From: Allocoleopsis franciscana PCC 7113
GTDB lineage: Bacteria; Cyanobacteriota; Cyanobacteriia; Cyanobacteriales; Coleofasciculaceae
Assembly (NCBI RefSeq): GCF_000317515.1
Contig: NC_019738.1
Span: forward strand, 1,937,623-2,001,622
Length of the DNA: 64,000 nucleotides
Reading direction: 5' to 3'
Below, piece by piece: positions 46,504 through 57,462 of this stretch; position 1 is the first letter of the stretch, and every line of letters begins with the position of its first letter. The translations under genes and the position numbers were made by a program. The notes beneath the pieces are model-generated. The model ran no database searches and was not told the DNA's origin. It saw nothing but the letters and a program-made list of their open reading frames with translations.

Positions 46504-49500
46504 GTGACAGTTGCGTACGTCCTGATAGAGTTTGACAAACGATATACTTTGGGAAACGGATGGCAGTCCTTCATCGGGGAGCATTCAATGATTACCCTGC
46601 CTGGAATTACTATCCACAGCAAAATTTATGAGAGCTTAGCTTCTTTGGTGTATCGGGGCATCAGAGAGCAAGATGATTGTGCAGTGATTGCCAAAGTTCT
46701 CAAGCAGGATTATCCCTCTCCTCAGGAATTAACTCGCTATCGGCAGGAGTATGAAATTACTCGTTTTCTCAACATTGAAGGCGTAGTCAAGGCATACAGC
46801 CAGCAAGACTACCAGCGCACGCTGGTTATTCTTTTGGAAGACTTTGGTGGAGAGTCTTTAGAATGCTGGATGCGGCAACAGTTAGACTTCTCTCCCATGC
46901 CGTTGTCGGTTTTTCTGAAAATGGCGATCGCCATTACTGATACTCTAGGCAAAATCCATGCGGCTCATGTCATCCATAAGGACATTAATCCTGGCAACAT
47001 TGTCTTTAATCCGAGGACTGGCGTTGTCAAAATCATTGATTTTGGCATTGCCACTCGCTTCAGTCGCACCAATCCCACCTTCAAAAGTCTCCATCTTCTA
47101 GAAGGAACCCCCGCCTATTTGTCGCCAGAGCAAACCGGACGAATGAACCGGATGCTCGACTATCGCACTGATTTCTACTCGCTGGGTGCAACCTTCTACG
47201 AACTGTTGACGGGACAATTGCCGTTTCCCACCCGTGATCTCCTGGAACTAGTCCACTGTCACATTGCTACACCGCCGATTCCTCCACACGAAGTTAGGGG
47301 TATGGGGGATGGGGTGTGGGGTGTGGGCAGGGATGGTTCATCATCGACCAGGCATACAATTCCTAAAGCAGTTTCCGACATTGTGATGAAACTGATGGCG
47401 AAGAATGCAGAGGATCGCTATCAGAGTGCCTGGGGCATCAAAGCAGATCTAGAATGCTGTGCTCAACAACTGGCAGAAACGGGTCAGATTAACGCCATAT
47501 CGTTGGGACTGCAAGATGTTTCCGAGCAGTTCCGCATTCCTCAAAAACTGTATGGGCGAGAAGCGGAGATTGCAGCATTATGGGTAGCGTTTGACAGAGT
47601 GACGGGGAATCGGGAATCGGAAGTCGAGAATCGGGAAAAACACCCCACACCCTACACCCCACACCCCACACCCTACACCCCACACCCCACACCCCACACC
47701 CTACACCCTACACCCTCATGCAGCGAAATGATGCTGGTCTCTGGTTACGCTGGCGTTGGCAAAACAGCATTGGTACAGGAACTCTCTAAACCGATTACCG
47801 CAAAGCACGGCTATTTTATCTCTGGCAAATTTGACCAATTCCGGCGCAACATTCCCTACAGCGCGATCGTTGATGCTCTGCAAAATTTGGTGCAGCAACT
47901 CTTGGGAGAACCCAATGAACAGGTGGAAGTATGGCGATCGCGTTTACTCACTGCTTTGGGAAGCAACGGACAAATTATCATAGATGTCATTCCCGAAGTT
48001 GAGTTCATTATTGGCAAGCAGCCCCCTGTGCCCGAAGTTGGAGCAACTGAGGCACAGAATCGCTTCAATCTTACGTTTCAAAGGTTTGTGCGGGCGTTTT
48101 GTGCAAAAGAGCATCCCCTAGTCATTTTCTTAGACGATCTACAGTGGATCGATTCTGCGACGTTGAAGTTAATCGAACTCGTCTTACTTGATGAGCAAAT
48201 CCAGTATTTGTTTTTGATCGGAGCCTACCGAAATAACGAACTGACTCCAACGCATCCGGTGGTCTTAACGCTCTTAGAACTGCGAAACCAGGGAGCAGTA
48301 TTTCAGGAAATCATCCTGACCCCCCTCAATCCCCCCTTGGTAAGGGGGGAAGTAAAGGGGGGTGGCAGTGGAACCTGGCTGAGATTGAAGCTCAAGATAT
48401 CACCGATAATGTGGTGGAGTTGCTGCTGCGTCAGTTGCAAAAATTACCGGAAGCAACACAGCAAGTTCTCTCCATCGCTGCTTGTGTTGGGTCTGAGTTT
48501 GATTTAGAAACGTTGGCGATCGTTTGCGAAAAATCACCGAAAGCAATTTTCCAGGATTTATTAGAAGCAATACAATCTGGATTAATTCAACCTTTGTCTG
48601 AATTGGACGAAGACTTGTTGGTTCAAGAGTATAAGTTTCTGCACGATCGCGTTCAGCAAGCGGCTTATGCTTTGATTGATGAATCGCAGAAACAAGTGGT
48701 TCATCTCCAAATCGGTGGCAATTTGCTCGAAAAAACTTCACCAGAGCAACGATCCGATCGGTTGTTTGAAATCATCGATCATCTCAATCAGGGAATTGAG
48801 CTAGTCACTGCTCAACCAGAACGAACTGAAATTGCCAGATTGAATTTAATAGCAGGTCAGAAAGCGAAGGCAGCAACGGCTTATGAAGCCGCGTTTAAGT
48901 ATTTCACTACAGGGATTCAACTTCTCAATCCAGAGAGTTGGCAGAGTGAGTATGACCTTACTTTAGCGCTGTACTCAGAAGCAGCAGAAGCAGCATATCT
49001 TCATGGTTGCTTTGATGAGATGGAACAATTCGTAGAAGTGGTACTCGTTCACGCTAAGACAGTGGTTGACAAAGTGCAGGTTTACGACAGCAGAATTCAA
49101 AGACATTTGTCACAGGGCAACCTGAAAGAAGCACTTAAAATTGGATTGGAAGTGTTAAAGCTTCTGGGAGTGATTTTACCAGAAAATCCAAGTGAGTTAG
49201 ATGTTCGAGGCGGATTGGAGTCAACGGCTGCACTACTCGCTGAACGAGAAATTGAAGACTTGATTAATTTACCAGAGATGACTGCACCAGAACCGCTAGC
49301 AGCAATGTCAATCCTAGCGAGTATTGGAGCGACTGCGTTTATAGTTTCGACAGCACTACAGGTACTTATTGCGTGCAAAATGGTAAATTTATCGCTCGAC
49401 TACGGCAATTCTACCTGGTCACCAATGAGTTATGCTGCCTATGGAGTTGTTCTATGTGGAGTTGTTAAAGACATTGAACTTGGTTATAAATTTGGCAAAT

Positions 49501-52500
49501 TGGCTCTCGGTTCGCTAGAACGATTGAATACCAAAAAAAGGGATGCTAAAGCATTTGTGGTATCGGTTGCCCTAATCATGCACTGGAAAGTGCATCTTAG
49601 GAACACAATACCCATGCTGATTGATGCTTATCAAAACGGAGTGGACACTGGAGACTTTGAATTCGCTGGCTATGCTGCATGTGACGTGTGCTACAACTCG
49701 TTTTTCGTCGGTGAGGAACTCACCCAACTGGAACAGAAAACGGCAACATACAGCAAAGCAGTTGATCGAATCAGACGGGAAAGCCCCTCGACTTGGATTG
49801 CAATAGTGTGGCAGACCATTCTTAATTTGCTAGACAGGTCTGAGAATCCCAGTCGCTTAGTTGGTCGAGTGTGTAATGAAGAGCAGGCATTACCACACGC
49901 CCTTGAAGTTAAAGATGGAACTGCAATTCAAATGCTATATCTGCACAAAGTTATACTGTGTTATCTATTTGAAGAATATCATCAAGCTGTACAGAGTGCT
50001 ATTCTGGCAAGGCAACATTTTGAAGAAGTGACAGCAACAAAGGTTTTACCTGTATTCTGTTTCTATCATTCTCTAGCGTTTTTGAGTCTATCGCTCGATG
50101 CTTCAAACTCTGAAAAAGTAGCTTGGCTAAACTGTGTTAACACCAACCAAGAAAAGATGCAGAAATGGGCAGAACACGCCCCAATGAATTATCTACATAA
50201 ATTTTATCTAGTCGAGGCAGAGAAAGCGCGAGTCTTAGGGCAATTTCTTGAGGCTGAAGAGTTTTATGAACGGGCGATCGCAGGTGCTGCTGAAAATGAG
50301 TATATCCAGGAGGAAGCATTAGCTTATGAATTAGCGGCTAAGCATTATCTAGCGCGAGGTCGAGAGAAAATTGCTCAAACTTATATGAAAGAGGCGCACT
50401 ATTGCTATAGTCGCTGGGGCGCGATCGCTAAAGTTAAAGACTTAGAAAAACGCTATCCACAGTTCTTTTGTCAGTCGTCTAGAGCCGCTTCCGCATCAGT
50501 TCCTATTACTGCTGAAACTATCTCTAATTCCTTCCATACTGCTTTCGATTTAGCAGCAGTGATGAAAGCTTCACAGGCGATTTCTCGTGAAATTGAACTG
50601 AAGCAATTGCTGCGATCGCTGATGCAAATTTTAATTGAGAATGCTGGCGCACAAACCGGATATCTGATTTTAGAAAACTCAGGAGAATGGTCGATTGAAG
50701 CGGCTTGTGAACTCAATGCCGAGGAGAATGCTTGTGCGACTCAGGTGTTACAGTCTACTCCAATTGCCGCTCAATTGCCAGAATCAATCATTCAATATGT
50801 GATTCGGACTCTGAAGCCTGTCACCTTAAATGATGCGACTCGTGAAGATGCTTTTATTAATGAGCCATACATTCAACAGAACCAGCCTCAATCTATTTTC
50901 TGTTTGCCGCTGCTGAATCAAGCCAAGCTGGTCGGTGTATTGTATTTAGAAAATCGGTTAGCCGCTGGAGTATTTACACCAGAGCGATCGCAAGTCTTGC
51001 AGCTATTATCGACTCAAGCCGCAATCGCCATCGAAAATGCCAACCTTTACTCAGAACTGCGGGCTAAGGAAAGCAAGATCACCCAGTTCCTCGAAGCGAT
51101 TCCGGTGGGAATTGGGATCGTGGATGCGACGGGTCGCCTTTACTATACCAACCAATGCGGCAATCAACTCGTGGGCAAAGAGACTGATCCTTCCATCGCA
51201 CCAGAGCAGATCTCAGAGGCTTATCAGCTTTATGTAGCGGGAACGGATCAAGTCTATCCAGCGGAGAGCTTGCCTATTGTGCAGGCATTAAAGGGCGAAC
51301 GCATCAGGACTGAAGATATAGAAATTCGTCGAGATCATGTCTCAATTCTACTTGAGGCACGGGGAACACCAGTTTTTGATCAACAGGGCAATATCATTTA
51401 TGCGATCGCTACCTTTCAGGACATTACGGAGCGCAAACAAGCCGAGAAACTCCTAGCTGACTACAACTGCACTTTAGAGCAACAGGTTGCAGAACGAACT
51501 GCTGCGTTACGACAAAGTGAGGCTAATTACCGCAACCTGCTACAAACCGCGAATTCAGTCATCGTTCGCTATGATCCGCAAGGACGGATTCACTACATCA
51601 ACGATTATGGGGTAAAACTTCTGGGCTATGAAGAACATGAGATTTTAGGGCGAACCTTATTTGAAACCATCCTTCCAGATATCGAACTCTCTGGACGCGA
51701 TATGAAACCCTTTGTCCATGATTTACTTCGTAATCCTCAATCGTACCCGCGAGGTGAGGGTGAAAATTTGTGTCGAGATGGTCGGCGAGTTTGGATGGAG
51801 TGGTCGAATCAAGCCATTTTCAATGACCAGGGAGATGTCGTTGAAATCTTATCGGTGGGCAACGACACCACCCAGCGTAGACAAGCAGAAGAGGCATTAC
51901 AACGCAGTGAAGCCAAGTTCCGAGCTATCTTTGCAAACTCCCAGGTTGGCATCTACCGCACCCGCATCGGTGATGGATTAATTCTTGATGCCAATCAACG
52001 CTTTGCAGAACTGTTTGGCTTTGATTCACCCCAAGAGATGATTGGAATTGAACACACTATAGGCTATTGGGTCAATCCCAGCGATCGCCAACGAGGCATT
52101 GAAGTGATGAAGCGGGATGGGGAAGTGCGAAGCTTTGAAGCACAGTTGCAAAAACGAGATGGGACAGTGTTTTGGGGACTTTTCTCTTCCTATCTGAATG
52201 CAGGCGATGACTACATCGAAGGGGTGCTTGCAGATATTAGCGATCGCAAACAAGCAGAAGCAGCCCTACAAGTCTCAGAGTCAAAGCTACGGACTCTAAT
52301 TGAGGCAATTCCCGATCCATTGTTTGTATTCTCTGCTGAAGGGCGATTCCTTGAAATAATGGTACTGGAACCAAATCTGCTATGGCAACCCTTTGAGGAG
52401 ATGATTGGTAAAACTATGCATCAACTCGGAAGGGAAGAAGCTGATGAGTTTCTAGGTTATATTCAGCAGGTACTGAGAACCCAACAAATCCTCACGGTCG

Positions 52501-53237
52501 AGTATGGTGCGTTTCTAAATGGACGAGAAATGTGGTTTTCGGCTCGCATTGCCCCAATCAGCCACGATCAGGTGATTTGGCTGGTGCGAGATATTACGGC
52601 GCAGAAGCAAGCAGAAGCCACCTCGATTCTGGAAGAGCGTAACCGCATGGCACGCGAAATTCACGACACACTCGCTCAGTCGTTTACGGGCATTCTGGCT
52701 CAGGTGGGAGCGGCGAAACAGGTGCTAACGGATGATTTAGAAGCAACTGGGGCACATCTCGATCTGATCAAAGAATTGGCGCGAACTGGACTGACTGAAG
52801 CGCGGCGATCGGTTGTCGCGCTCCGTCCTCAGCTTTTGGAGGAAGGCAGTTTACAAAGTGCTCTCCATCGTCTCGTCGCTCAGGTTAGAGCTGCCGCAAT
52901 GGATACCACTTTGTACTATGAGATTGAGGGTGCAGTGTATGCTCTACCCAGCGAAGTCGAGAGTAACCTACTGCGGATTGGGCAGGAAGCCTTAACCAAT
53001 GCGATTAGACACGCCCATGCTGACGAAATTCGAGTGGAGCTAGTCTACAAGTATGATCAGTTTTTGTTGCGCGTAAAAGACAATGGACAGGGCTTTGGAG
53101 TGGGCAGTATTCCCTCCTCTGAGGGCTTTGGCTTACTCGGCATGAGCGAGCGGGCAGAGCGCATCGGTGCACAACTCACGATTCGGAGTCAACCCGGACA
53201 CGGAACAGAGATTATTGTCACCATCGATCGGGAGTAA
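46504..53237 (+). CDS. Giant multidomain signalling protein: Ser/Thr protein kinase - AAA/STAND ATPase - TPR-like - GAF - 3xPAS - HisKA_3/HATPase histidine kinase (HstK-like); frame interrupted at 48331-48374
   Basis: Kinase HKDINPGNIVFN...DFGIA...PAYLSPEQ. Walker A GYAGVGKTAL. GAF region around aa 690-850 of the second ORF. PAC ends (ITERKQAE, DISDRKQAEAAL, ITAQKQAEA). H-box EIHDTLAQSFTGI, with a GFGLLGMSERAE ATPase. Two ORFs (46504-48507 and 48411-53237) overlap in different frames across a palindromic repeat insertion. Confidence 0.75.
47296..47335. repeat. Heptanucleotide tandem repeat block (GGGGTGT/GGGGATG type), translated within the kinase domain
   Basis: ggggtatgggggatggggtgtggggtgtgggcagggatgg encodes RGMGDGVWGVGRDG. 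Confidence 0.7.
47605..47715. repeat. Heptanucleotide tandem repeat blocks: (GAATCGG)n then (CCCCACA/CCCTACA)n, about 11 units, in inverted orientation to the 47296 block
   Basis: Encodes NRESEVENREK then HPTPYTPHPTPYTPHPTPHTLHPTP. A 21-nt periodicity keeps the frame. Confidence 0.8.
48331..48374. repeat. Inserted copy of the C6-TTGGTAA-G6 palindromic repeat family inside the giant kinase gene (about 44 bp, not a multiple of 3)
   Basis: Flanking codons read ...IILTPLN | insert | LAEIEAQ... in frames that differ by one nucleotide. Confidence 0.65.
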
Positions 53238-53244
53238 GCTCACG

Positions 53245-53874
53245 ATGAGCCAAGCCACGACCATTCGGGTTCTAATTGCGGACGATCATGCTATCTTTCG
53301 GCAAGGATTAGCCACGATTATTAACCGTGACCCTGATATGAACGTGATTGCCCAAGCGGAAAATGGGGAACAAGCGATCGCGCTATTTGAGGAACACCAA
53401 CCGGATGTCACGCTCATGGATCTGCGAATGCCTGAAGTTGAAGGAGTTGCCGCCATCGGTGCAATTCGTGCTATTGCTAAATCTGCTCGGATTATTGTAC
53501 TAACCACGTATGATAGTGACGAAGATATTTACCGGGGATTGCAGGCAGGAGCCAAAGGATATCTGTTGAAAGAAACTGAACCAGACGAGCTTCTGAATGC
53601 GATTCGTACCGTTTATCGGGGTCAGCAGTATATTCCGCCCGATGTGGGAGCAAAATTAGCACAGCGACTCAGCAATCCAGAACTGAGTGAAAGAGAACTA
53701 GAAGTACTTCGCTCACTAGCACAGGGAATGAGTAATGCGGAAATTGCGGCGGCTTTGAGTATTGGTGAAGGCACGGTTAAATCTCATGTCAATCGGATTT
53801 TGAATAAGTTAGATGTGAGCGATCGCACCCAGGCTGTGATTGTTGCGGTTAAGCGCGGCATTGTTAGTTTGTAG
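53245..53874 (+). CDS. NarL/FixJ-family response regulator (REC plus LuxR-type HTH)
   Basis: IRVLIADDHAIFRQGL receiver. C-terminus ELEVLRSLAQGMSNAEIAAALSIGEGTVKSHVNRILNKL. GGAG Shine-Dalgarno before the ATG at 53245. It is the cognate regulator for the HisKA_3 kinase upstream. Confidence 0.85.
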   Translation: MSQATTIRVLIADDHAIFRQGLATIINRDPDMNVIAQAENGEQAIALFEEHQPDVTLMDLRMPEVEGVAAIGAIRAIAKSARIIVLTTYDSDEDIYRGLQAGAKGYLLKETEPDELLNAIRTVYRGQQYIPPDVGAKLAQRLSNPELSERELEVLRSLAQGMSNAEIAAALSIGEGTVKSHVNRILNKLDVSDRTQAVIVAVKRGIVSL

Positions 53875-54271
53875 GGTGTACTTTCGATCAAATGGAGATT
53901 CTAACTTAAGTTAGAGTCAGCCTTCTACTCTGCGATGGCAGGGTTACTCTATCAATTTGTACTATAAAACTTTTAACTCTCTATAGACGACAGCTTGAAG
54001 GCGATCGCCTATATTGAGTTTATGCAAATAGAAGTGCATCCAATCAGGCAAATCATGCTCGTGGGTGGTGGTTACCCTTTATAGCAAAAGGCAGAAGGCA
54101 GGAGGCAGAAGGCTTTTATGTTTTTTACTGGTATAGCAGTCGCCAAGGCGATTAGAACAAATGCCCCAAAGCTAATTGTCAATCCCAGCTTTTGCAATGT
54201 CCTAACGGTTGTGGCGGTTGCTATACGTGGTCGTTTAAGCCGTTCAATCTGTCCTAAGAGGCTGTTTGTAA

Positions 54272-54802
54272 ATGATTATGAAGTCATCAATCAATACATC
54301 ATTGACCTGGAAAACAACGTTGTCATTTGTAACCCTTGCCACCCTACTCATTCTGCTGATTGGCTGGCTCATCAAAAATCAAGTATTGCCAGTCAAGACA
54401 GTTATAGATTACAGCGCATGGGAAACCAACTTTATACAATTTTGGATCTGGGTGGCTATTGGAGTTGGGCTACTACTCCCTGGCATTGCTTTCTTGGTTT
54501 GGCTGCGTTATCCCGAACCTCGAAAAATTTTAGGCTTCTATTTACTAGTTTTACTTGTTCAGATAATAACTGAACAAATTTTAAGTAGCATTTTGTTTCC
54601 CAGTTTACTGGTAATTATCGGAACTATTTACACGATTTATCGGATTTGGCAATTATGGCAGAGTCAACAGGTTGTAAATAAAAATACTCAACTCAATACA
54701 TTTAGCCCAAAAGTTCTTAATAGTTTATTGCATCTCTTACTACTTTTTTGGTCAATCAATTTAGCAGTTCTCTTAGTTTTGTGTTTTCCTGCCATTGTAT
54801 AG
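54272..54802 (+). CDS. Hypothetical polytopic membrane protein
   Basis: 4-5 hydrophobic helices. No recognisable motif. Confidence 0.4.
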   Translation: MIMKSSINTSLTWKTTLSFVTLATLLILLIGWLIKNQVLPVKTVIDYSAWETNFIQFWIWVAIGVGLLLPGIAFLVWLRYPEPRKILGFYLLVLLVQIITEQILSSILFPSLLVIIGTIYTIYRIWQLWQSQQVVNKNTQLNTFSPKVLNSLLHLLLLFWSINLAVLLVLCFPAIV

Positions 54803-54925
54803 ATGGATGCAGAATTTATTTACCGCATCAGTACGTGATTCAACAACGGGTGGAACGGGCGAAATCGATGTTATCGAAAACGGATTTAACGAACTTTGGG
54901 GGTTTAAATCCCCGTCCCAAAACGT

Positions 54926-54958
54926 AATTGCGAATTGCGAATTGCGAATTGCGAATTG
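54926..54958. repeat. STRR-like heptanucleotide tandem repeat (AATTGCG) x 4.5
   Basis: aattgcgaattgcgaattgcgaattgcgaattg, read directly. Confidence 0.8.
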
Positions 54959-54961
54959 TTT

Positions 54962-55065
54962 TAACCATTGCTGATATTGCTTTCCAAACCGGGTTTTCCA
55001 GTCAGAGCCATTTGAACCAATAGTTTAAGCGAATTACTCGAATGACACCAAAGCAGGTTCGTTAA
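54962..55065 (+). pseudogene. AraC-family regulator C-terminal remnant with in-frame stop
   Basis: Translation IADIAFQTGFSSQSHLNQ*FKRITRMTPKQVR* matches the last AraC HTH helix consensus (...GFSSQSHFSRxFKRxxGxTPxxYR). There is no upstream ORF. Confidence 0.5.
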
Positions 55066-55162
55066 TTCCACAAGAATCTGACAAATCATTGTAAGAATTT
55101 GAAAGAAGTCGAGCCTTGGAACTCAATACACTTTAAATAAATAGAACTAGGAGAATCCAATC

Positions 55163-55756
55163 ATGGTCAAACAGCAATCTGTAGACGAACAAGCAAATGG
55201 AAAGGCAACTAGTAATCTGACACCAGCCCAGGAGTTTTTGCAAGAACTCTGGGATGAGCATCTGCGGCTTGAGTTTGACGCTCACAACACTGAAGATACT
55301 CTCGCCACGATGGTTGAGGATGCTTACGTTAACGGCATTCCGGTAATGATTGGGGGAGTAGGAAAACCGGCACTGCGCGAGTTTTATTCCAAGTACTTCA
55401 TTCCACAGATGCCGCCGGACATGGAGTTGACTCCGGTCTCGCGCACAATCGGGACTAATCAACTCGTCGATGAAATGCTAGTTAAGTTCACTCATACCAT
55501 CCAGATGGACTGGATGCTACCTGGCATTGCTCCGACTCTTAAACGGGTTGAAATGGCATTGGTAGTAATTGTTCAGTTTCGTGACGACAAGCTAGCCCAC
55601 GAACACCTCTACTGGGATCAGGCGAGTGTATTGGTTCAACTCGGTATGCTTGATCCGGGTACACTGCCCGTTGTAGGAGTTGACAGTGCGCGCAAGGTAC
55701 TTGATCCGAACTTGCCCTCAAACGCACTGATCGATCGTGCCAGCGATCGCAACTAA
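55163..55756 (+). CDS. SnoaL/NTF2-like ester cyclase family protein
   Basis: The C-terminal LAHEHLYWDQASVLVQLGMLDP resembles the ester-cyclase/SnoaL_2 tail (EHWD..D...QLG). 197 aa. Confidence 0.5.
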   Translation: MVKQQSVDEQANGKATSNLTPAQEFLQELWDEHLRLEFDAHNTEDTLATMVEDAYVNGIPVMIGGVGKPALREFYSKYFIPQMPPDMELTPVSRTIGTNQLVDEMLVKFTHTIQMDWMLPGIAPTLKRVEMALVVIVQFRDDKLAHEHLYWDQASVLVQLGMLDPGTLPVVGVDSARKVLDPNLPSNALIDRASDRN

Positions 55757-56085
55757 GTGCAGGAGCCAGCAAATATCAATGCCTAAACCCGCCATTTTGC
55801 AACCAGGATCGTACTCATCCTGGTTGTAGGAGGTGCTTCTTATTGCTGGCTCCTACACGTATTGCTCATTGAGTTTTTGACAAAGTGACACAGCCATTCA
55901 CAACAAGAGGTAACTATCATAATGCTGAAAGACAAGGTTGCTTTGGTGACTGACTGTAAAAATTTTAACTCGCTATAGAAGACAGCTTGAAGGCAATTTC
56001 CTATATTGAATGTATGCAAATAGAGATGCAGTCAATGGATTGAGCAAGTCAATTGCAAAGTTCCGTACTTGCTGCAAACGTAAAA

Positions 56086-56645
56086 AAATGAACGACGATC
56101 GCAGCTACAGTTCCTTACTTGTACCCCCCTCAACTCAAGATTGGATGCAAGGTGTGCTGAGTGCCAAGGTCGTGCTGGTGATGTATGGAGACTATCAATG
56201 CTCTAGAAGTGCGGACGTTTACAGGATAATTCAAAGAATCAAACAAGAGCTGAGTGCTTCTTTTGGAGAAGATTATTTATGCTTTATCTTCCGTCATTTT
56301 CCGCAAACACAGATTCATCCTCATGCTCAACGAGCCGCCGAAGTTGCTGAAGCCGCCGCTGCACAAGGACAATTTTGGTTGATGCACGATACTTTATTTG
56401 TTCATCAACAGAAGTTAGAGAACGGTTACCTGATCGAGTATGCCAATGATTTAGGGCTTGATATGCCTCAATTTCTCAAAGATGTGTCTAAACAAGTGCA
56501 TAGCGATCGCATCAATGAAAATGTTGAAGGCGGAATACACAGTGGAGTAACAACTGCTCCAGCCCTATTCATCAATAACATTCGATATGCCGGACGCTGG
56601 AAGATGACAGAGTTAATGACAGCCATTGTTGCTGCAAATCACTAA
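56086..56645 (+). CDS. DsbA-like thioredoxin-fold protein (CxxS variant)
   Basis: VVLVMYGDYQCSRSADVYRII is a thioredoxin-like active-site region with CSRS. Thioredoxin_4 layout. The probable start is MNDDRSY; the ORF track begins at 56010. Confidence 0.6.
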
Positions 56646-56853
56646 GCTCTATTCATAACTGGTCAACCGTTAGTGATTGATAACAGATATACAGTGAGTT
56701 CATCAAGCCTCGTGAATGAGCAACTTGTAAATGCTCGGTTTTAATCTCAGGAATAAGTGCCTCCAATGAAGCTAGCGGATTTTAGTAAGCACACCGCTGA
56801 GGCAATTCGATTTGAACTATTCAATCAATAAGTTTTACACAAGGAAAACAATG

Positions 56854-57228
56854 AAAACACTCTTTAAAAGAGTCACATTATTCTTCACTCTGCCTATCTG
56901 TATTTCAGGTTATTTCTCCTTGCCTGCTGCTGCTGATTCTACAGCCGACCTCATCTTGAGTACCCAATGCCAGGGCGGTTACACCATTAACATTTGGCGA
57001 AACTATCAGTCTGGTGAACTGCTTTATCGTGCCATCAGTCCTAACGGTAATTTAAGTTTGGGTGGAGGAACCAGCCAGGCGACTGAAGGCGTTCGAGTGT
57101 ACAAATTTGGGAGTGGCAACTATGAATATTGGGTTTGGGATGGGACGTTGGATGATCCACAGGCTGGGACATTAGAGGTCTATCAAAACAACCGCCTTTT
57201 AATGCAACAAGCTTGTACGAGAAGCTGA
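56854..57228 (+). CDS. Small secreted protein of unknown function (signal peptide, 2 Cys)
   Basis: MKTLFKRVTLFFTLPICISGYFSLPAAADS is a signal peptide. The mature part is ~95 aa with a Cys pair (QCQGG...QACTRS). Confidence 0.45.
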   Translation, partial: KTLFKRVTLFFTLPICISGYFSLPAAADSTADLILSTQCQGGYTINIWRNYQSGELLYRAISPNGNLSLGGGTSQATEGVRVYKFGSGNYEYWVWDGTLDDPQAGTLEVYQNNRLLMQQACTRS

Positions 57229-57462
57229 ACTTTATTCACTGGTGGATTGGGACTATTTCTCTGAACCAGAACCCTACCTGAGTTATCGCAAATGCTTTGT
57301 TCCCGTGGCACAAAAAAGTAACTGGAATACCTTTAGGTGGCTCAATTTACAACATGACGAGAAACCATGACCATTACGCTGCTTGATTGACAAAACTTTT
57401 CTGTAGGTTGGGTTCGCGATACTCAACTCAACCTTAGACACGCACGAGTAAAGGAGACAACG

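Noticed and set aside
47489-47692. Minus-strand ORF MWGVGCRVWGVGCRVWGV...
   Set aside because: It is built entirely from the heptanucleotide tandem repeats, read antisense to the kinase gene.
54118-54573. Alternative 151-aa ORF overlapping the 54272 membrane-protein ORF
   Set aside because: The overlapping frame at 54272 encodes regular hydrophobic helices. This frame gives an irregular Cys/Asn-rich sequence. Both remain unproven.
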